From the NCBI GenBank assembly GCA_033763315.1, contig JANRKS010000015.1, positions 1 to 41,953 on the forward strand: a stretch of 41,953 bases of DNA, written 5' to 3'. Source of the DNA: Deltaproteobacteria bacterium (GTDB lineage Bacteria > Myxococcota_A > Polyangia > Fen-1088). Of the stretch, positions 37,833 to 41,953 are shown one piece after another (the stretch's first letter is position 1; each line of letters begins with the position of its first letter). The notes beneath the pieces are model-generated. The model had not been told where the DNA came from and made no database searches. It was given only the letters and a program-made list of their open reading frames with translations. The translations under genes and the position numbers were made by a program.

Positions 37833-39425
37833 TTAAGCCACAGGCACCAGTTCTTCCGCCTTTGGCTCATGCGCTTCATGAACGACAGGCGACACAGATG
37901 AAACGGTGGCAAAGCGCGCGCAGCCGTAAAGCACGGCGGCCACGCCCAGATAACTTGCTGCCACAACCGGTGTTTGGCCGAAGCCAATCGATTCGCCGTG
38001 CATAAAGCCAAAGAACGTCAACGCGCCACCGGTGGCTGCAAATGCCGAAGCCTTTAAGAATTGACGATCTACAACGAAGGCCCCAATCGCACCTAAGATC
38101 AAGCCGCCTAAGATGGCGCCACCACCTAACACCGACAGACCTTCATAAAGCACGCCCATCTGGCCCAGCTTATCGAACCCCACCGTGGCCGCGTTCGTGC
38201 CTGCGGCCGCCAGTGAGTTATCAATCTGCAACTTGCCCCACGCGGCCAAGTGCGGCGTCAACGCCAAGATGATCGCAGGCGCATGGCTCTTGGGCGTTTC
38301 TTGGAAGGATTGCGCGCCAATCAACATGCCGATGTAAAGCAAGATGGGTGAAATCGCGACGACGGGAATCACGGCCACCATGAGCGAGATGATGCCGAAC
38401 CAAGACAGCAAGATCACCATCACCCCTGTTGCCGCCGAATAGCCGATGCGGCCACCCATCGCCTTCCATCCCGGATGCCCGATGTAAACCGCATTAATGA
38501 AAGGGTTGCCCATCAAACAGCCAATCAAGCTCACAACGCCATCCGCGGTAAGTACGCGCGTGGTTGGATAAGCGTCGCCGGCCACGGCCGCGCTTTCAAC
38601 GTTGTCGAGCGCTTCCACCAAGTCGTAGATACCGAAGGGAATCGCCGTCACGAGGATCACGCCCAAGAACTCGAATCCCGAGAACACGTGACCAAACGCT
38701 GGCAAAGGCAACGAGAAACCAAAATTGGCGAACGAACCTTTCAAGTTATCAACGCTCATGCCGCCATAGTTGAGGCCCAACGCGGTTGAACCCCAAGCGA
38801 TCGCTGTGCCAACCGCGATCGCAACCAGACCTGCAGGAATGCCTTTGAAGTAGCGAACGCCGCCAAACCAGCTCGCCAAAATGATGGCGAAGCAAACGAT
38901 GCCAATGGCAGGTGTCATGAACATTTCAAGCGCGGGACGCATCGAGATGAACGCGATGGAAACACCGGCCAGCGTGCCCAACAAGGCGGCGCGCGGTGTG
39001 ATCTTGCGGATGATGGGGGCCACGAAGCCGCCTGCCATCAACACGAAGCTTTGGATGAACACCCACGTGAGCCCTGCCTCCCAGCCCTTCACGGGGTCGC
39101 CGGTTTTGGCGGCGATCGGCATCATGATGACGAACACGACCACGAACATGTGCGGAACGCTGATGCCCGAAGGCAGCGCGCACACGTCAGTTCGCCCGGT
39201 TTCCTTGGCCTTTTTGTAAGCCAATCGCGCGTAGTACATCGTGCTCAAGAACATCATTAAGCCTGTGGCGGGCAGGATCCTGCCAAACACCAGCGCATCC
39301 GGCATTTTGAGCACGAAACGCAACAGCCCGGTTAGAACCAGAAGGTTCACCAGGATGTTTGTCCCGAAGCCGAAAAAGGCGTTCCAATCGCCGGGGGTCC
39401 ATAACAACGGTTTCTTTTCACTCAT
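37833..39425 (-). CDS. NCS2/AzgA-like permease, candidate triuret/biuret importer
   Basis: Polytopic; WTPGDWNAFFGFG, ALPSGISVPH, DNVESAAVAGD, AVYIGHPGWKAMGGRIGYS. Start trimmed to ATG 39425 (GGAGAG upstream). Confidence 0.8.
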   Translation of the reverse strand: MSEKKPLLWTPGDWNAFFGFGTNILVNLLVLTGLLRFVLKMPDALVFGRILPATGLMMFLSTMYYARLAYKKAKETGRTDVCALPSGISVPHMFVVVFVIMMPIAAKTGDPVKGWEAGLTWVFIQSFVLMAGGFVAPIIRKITPRAALLGTLAGVSIAFISMRPALEMFMTPAIGIVCFAIILASWFGGVRYFKGIPAGLVAIAVGTAIAWGSTALGLNYGGMSVDNLKGSFANFGFSLPLPAFGHVFSGFEFLGVILVTAIPFGIYDLVEALDNVESAAVAGDAYPTTRVLTADGVVSLIGCLMGNPFINAVYIGHPGWKAMGGRIGYSAATGVMVILLSWFGIISLMVAVIPVVAISPILLYIGMLIGAQSFQETPKSHAPAIILALTPHLAAWGKLQIDNSLAAAGTNAATVGFDKLGQMGVLYEGLSVLGGGAILGGLILGAIGAFVVDRQFLKASAFAATGGALTFFGFMHGESIGFGQTPVVAASYLGVAAVLYGCARFATVSSVSPVVHEAHEPKAEELVPVA

Positions 39426-39475
39426 GGGTTTGTTCTCTCCTTGCCAAAACGCGCCGCCGCCAATGGGAAAAACAA

Positions 39476-40150
39476 TCACGCCATGCCCAGGGCGGCCAGG
39501 ATGCGTGACGAATCGGACACCCAACCAAAGATTCCACCTTGGGCCTTGATCATTCGTAGGCCCATCTCGTGAAACTCCGGGAAATACGAGGCACAACAAT
39601 CAGAAGGGACGATGCAGCGAAAGCCTCGATCGTTGGCCTCGCGCACCGTCGTGTGAACGCACACTTCCGTGGTCACACCACACACGATAAGAAATTCGAT
39701 CTGCTTGTTGTTCAGAATCGGATGCAGCTCGGTGGCGTAGAACGCGCCTTTGCCCGGCTTATCGATCACCGGCTCGCCGGCGATGGGATAAAGTTCCGGG
39801 ATCAGATCTTGGCCTGGTTCGCCACGAATCAAGATTCGCCCCATGGGCCCCAGGGCGCCGATGCGGGTGCTGGGCGATCCGCGCTCAACCTTGGCTTTGG
39901 GCGCGTCGCTCAGATCGGGCCTATGGCCCTCGCGGGTGTGAATCACAAGTATGCCCAGCTCGCGGGCGGCTTTGAGCAACCGCAGGCACGGTCCAACGGC
40001 GGCCTTCAGCAGTGAAACATTGTTGCCAAGGCTTTCCCCGAACCCACCCGGTTCAAGAAAATCGCGCTGCATATCAATCATCACAACCGCGGTTTTCGCG
40101 GTATCGATGCCTATCGCCTCTGGTTCAGCCTGCACCGTCACAACGCCCAT
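39476..40150 (-). CDS. trtA: Triuret hydrolase (isochorismatase-like cysteine hydrolase)
   Basis: IDMQRDFLEPGGFGESLGN, IGALGPMGRILIRGEPG, DKPGKGAFYAT, GVTTEVCV, ASYFPEFH, AQGGIFGW: the F/L/N/E/Y/I residue set that separates TrtA from BiuH. SD GGAGG. Confidence 0.85.
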   Translation of the reverse strand: MGVVTVQAEPEAIGIDTAKTAVVMIDMQRDFLEPGGFGESLGNNVSLLKAAVGPCLRLLKAARELGILVIHTREGHRPDLSDAPKAKVERGSPSTRIGALGPMGRILIRGEPGQDLIPELYPIAGEPVIDKPGKGAFYATELHPILNNKQIEFLIVCGVTTEVCVHTTVREANDRGFRCIVPSDCCASYFPEFHEMGLRMIKAQGGIFGWVSDSSRILAALGMA

Positions 40151-40173
40151 GAGTGACCCTCCGTTCTGCCGCA

Positions 40174-40217
40174 ACCCTAGGTCGGGCGTTGTTTCGGAGT
40201 CATCTCGGACGAGTTAA
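40174..40217 (-). promoter_or_regulatory. trtA promoter with phased repeats and a -10-like hexamer
   Basis: Minus strand TTAAC-n6-GAGAT-n6-GAAAC-n11-TAGGGT. Confidence 0.6.
40200..40215. repeat. 16-bp direct repeat, copy 2
   Basis: Identical to 4969-4984. Confidence 0.6.
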
Positions 40218-40240
40218 ATGTGTGTCGCAGGTAACGGGCG

Positions 40241-40573
40241 CTAATTGGCGGCGGGGCCGAGGGCAAACCAGATGCGCCGTGCTGTGAAACATGTCTTGCA
40301 CTTCATGTCCACGCGCCGCAGCTGAGCGCCGTGCAGGAATTCCGCTTCGTGCGCCAGCAACTGCAGTTCGCCCTCGCAATGGGCGCACCGCATGGCGCGC
40401 GCTTTGATCTCGACAACGGACGCCGAAGTCACCGGAATGCTCCGCTCGGGTGTGCCGCCAACGGCCTGCATCACCAACCGATCGATCTTTTGGCCGAGCT
40501 TGGCGATCTGCCGATCTTTTTCGCGAACCAACGCGCGCGTGCGTTTGGGAGCCTTGGCCACGGCCGCTTTCAC
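40241..40573 (-). CDS. Small basic hypothetical protein with a Zn-ribbon-like CxxC..CxxC
   Basis: CAHC and CKTC pairs; the GTG start overlaps the upstream stop. Confidence 0.7.
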   Translation of the reverse strand: MKAAVAKAPKRTRALVREKDRQIAKLGQKIDRLVMQAVGGTPERSIPVTSASVVEIKARAMRCAHCEGELQLLAHEAEFLHGAQLRRVDMKCKTCFTARRIWFALGPAAN

Positions 40574-41091
40574 TTCACTTTGGCCGCTAACTTAAGCGCT
40601 TGCGCCTTTGAGCACACTTTGACCGAAGCGTTGATGTTTACAACGTAGTCTTTGCCGGGATACCAAATGCCCGTCATGTTTTGCAACATAGGTGCGGCCT
40701 TCGGGGTTTTTGCCTTTTTGGTCACATAGGCTTTGCCCACGCGGGTCCAATCGAAGAATGGATCCGTGGGTTCCGTGCCGGGGTCTTTTTGTTTGGGCGC
40801 GTAGACCTGAACGAACGTGGTGTCTTCCTTCTCGTTCGCGATCTTGAAGAAGTACTTGCACGTGTCCTTTGCCGCTTGCTCACCCAGGTATTGCGCGTCG
40901 CTTTTGCCACAGGATGAGAACACCGCCTCTTTGGGCAGATGTGCGGCGATCGCAGGATCGCAGCATTTACCGTTGTAGGCCTTGCAGGCAGGGGCCGCTG
41001 GCTCGGCATTCGCCGTTCGGCCACCGACAGCGCCTGCGCCTGCAGTGAGGAATGTCAGAAGAATCGCAGGGGCAATGTGTCGGGGCGTCAT
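40570..41091 (-). CDS. Hypothetical secreted Cys-containing protein
   Basis: Signal MTPRHIAPAILLTFLTAGAGA..ANA-E, six Cys. The longer track ORF includes the antisense of the next gene's Gly tract. Confidence 0.7.
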   Translation of the reverse strand: MTPRHIAPAILLTFLTAGAGAVGGRTANAEPAAPACKAYNGKCCDPAIAAHLPKEAVFSSCGKSDAQYLGEQAAKDTCKYFFKIANEKEDTTFVQVYAPKQKDPGTEPTDPFFDWTRVGKAYVTKKAKTPKAAPMLQNMTGIWYPGKDYVVNINASVKVCSKAQALKLAAKVK

Positions 41092-41227
41092 GCTCCCTAC
41101 GTTAAGCGCGTTCATGGCTTGGGCGCAATTGTGGTTTGGTAATGATAGCGTCTTGAATTCGCTATCTGGCGATCCGGGCTTGGGTGTGGTTGCAGAAGCA
41201 TGGGGGCGCGGGCCAAACTGCGATCCT

Positions 41228-41953
41228 ATGAAGTTCACACGCTGGTTTGCTCTTGCCATGGTTGCGGTGCCGTTGTTCGTTTCATGCAGCTCGAAGGGCG
41301 GGGGCGATGACGGCCAAGCCGGGGGTGGTGGCGGCGGTGCTGACGCGGGGGGCGCGGGTGGAGACAACACGGCCGGCACAACAACGGGAGGCACGGGGGG
41401 CGGCGGCACCGGGGGCGGCGGCGCCGGTGGCTCACCGGGTGGCGCGGGCGGGACCGCAAGCGGCGGTGGTGGCGGCTCTGCAGGAAACGCGGGCGGCGTG
41501 GCGGGCAGCCAAGCCGGCGCGGGCGGAACGGCGTCGGGCATCTGCCCCACACAAGCGCAATGGCCGGATCCGTTGCCTCCCGAGGGGCAAGCACGGCGTG
41601 CACGTCAAATCATCTCCAACCTCCCCGGCCAGACGGAAGGGCCCGTTTGGATCGCGAGCAAGGGCGTCCTCCTTTTCACGCAGTTTGAAGGCACGGGTAC
41701 CAACGGAACCATTCGCAGCTTGACGCCTCCAAGCGCCGTTGACACTTGGGTGCCAACGGTTGGTGTCAACGGGTTGGCTCTCGACGTTGATGGCAACGTG
41801 CTCGCGGCCGCTCACGATGTGCAGTGGATGGCGAAGTTCAACGTAGAGACGAAGGCCCGAAGCGCGTTGCCGGACCCATCGAAGTATATGGACGCGTCTT
41901 TCAATTCGGTGAACGACCTTACCGTGCGCTCCGACGGCAACATTTACTTTAGC
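41228..41953 (+). CDS. SMP-30/gluconolactonase-family beta-propeller lipoprotein; 3' end runs off the window
   Basis: Hand translation MKFTRWFALAMVAVPLFVSC, Gly linker, TEGPVW, VNGLALDVDG, FNSVNDLTVRSDGNIYFS. Confidence 0.88.
   Translation, partial: MKFTRWFALAMVAVPLFVSCSSKGGGDDGQAGGGGGGADAGGAGGDNTAGTTTGGTGGGGTGGGGAGGSPGGAGGTASGGGGGSAGNAGGVAGSQAGAGGTASGICPTQAQWPDPLPPEGQARRARQIISNLPGQTEGPVWIASKGVLLFTQFEGTGTNGTIRSLTPPSAVDTWVPTVGVNGLALDVDGNVLAAAHDVQWMAKFNVETKARSALPDPSKYMDASFNSVNDLTVRSDGNIYFS

Noticed and set aside
39426-39599. Long N-terminal extensions in track ORFs (permease here; also urtD, atzF, ureD, ureF, tauE, DUF1592)
   Set aside because: They overlap neighbouring genes or promoters; downstream starts fit family length and SD or stop-start coupling.
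40150-40240. Guanidine-I (ykkC) riboswitch upstream of trtA (minus strand has GTCCGAGA, CTAGGGTT, ACGGAGGG)
   Set aside because: The pieces are in the wrong order and the AAAAGCCCGGGAG tail is missing; they are better explained as promoter box, -10 and SD.
41092-41550. Pro-rich N-terminal extension of the 326-aa track ORF, and similar Pro-rich ORFs near 21489-21872 and 32824-33294
   Set aside because: Antisense shadows of Gly-rich linkers in real genes on the opposite strand.

Overview
GC-rich bacterial window, most likely Myxococcota/Polyangia-like (inferred from a MYXO-CTERM tail, Gly-rich lipoprotein linkers, a DUF1592/DUF1552 pair and ACIII). Left to right: (1) 5' half of an alternative complex III (ACIII) operon, unusually headed by a NarC-like diheme cytochrome c and a NarI-like protein that keeps only the periplasm-side heme ligands; (2) a small accessory islet (nuclease-domain remnant, SIR2-like gene, vapBC-type TA pair); (3) a nitrogen-scavenging block: urtABCDE, allophanate hydrolase, biuret hydrolase, cupin, urease ureD-AB-C-E-F-G; (4) an ECF sigma/TPR anti-sigma/outer-membrane module with a divergent lipoprotein-DUF1592-DUF1552-G8-esterase array; (5) a second nitrogen block: triuret hydrolase, NCS2-like permease, porin, amidase with a substituted catalytic Lys, TauE; (6) hypotheticals and a truncated SMP-30 lipoprotein. 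Two non-coding motifs were read directly from the DNA: ATGATCG-N15-G(C/A)(T/A)AC(T/A) occurs four times around the ECF module, and an 11-bp-phased GAAAC direct-repeat box followed by a -10-like hexamer occurs at four nitrogen-gene promoters. All family assignments come from remembered motifs, not database searches.
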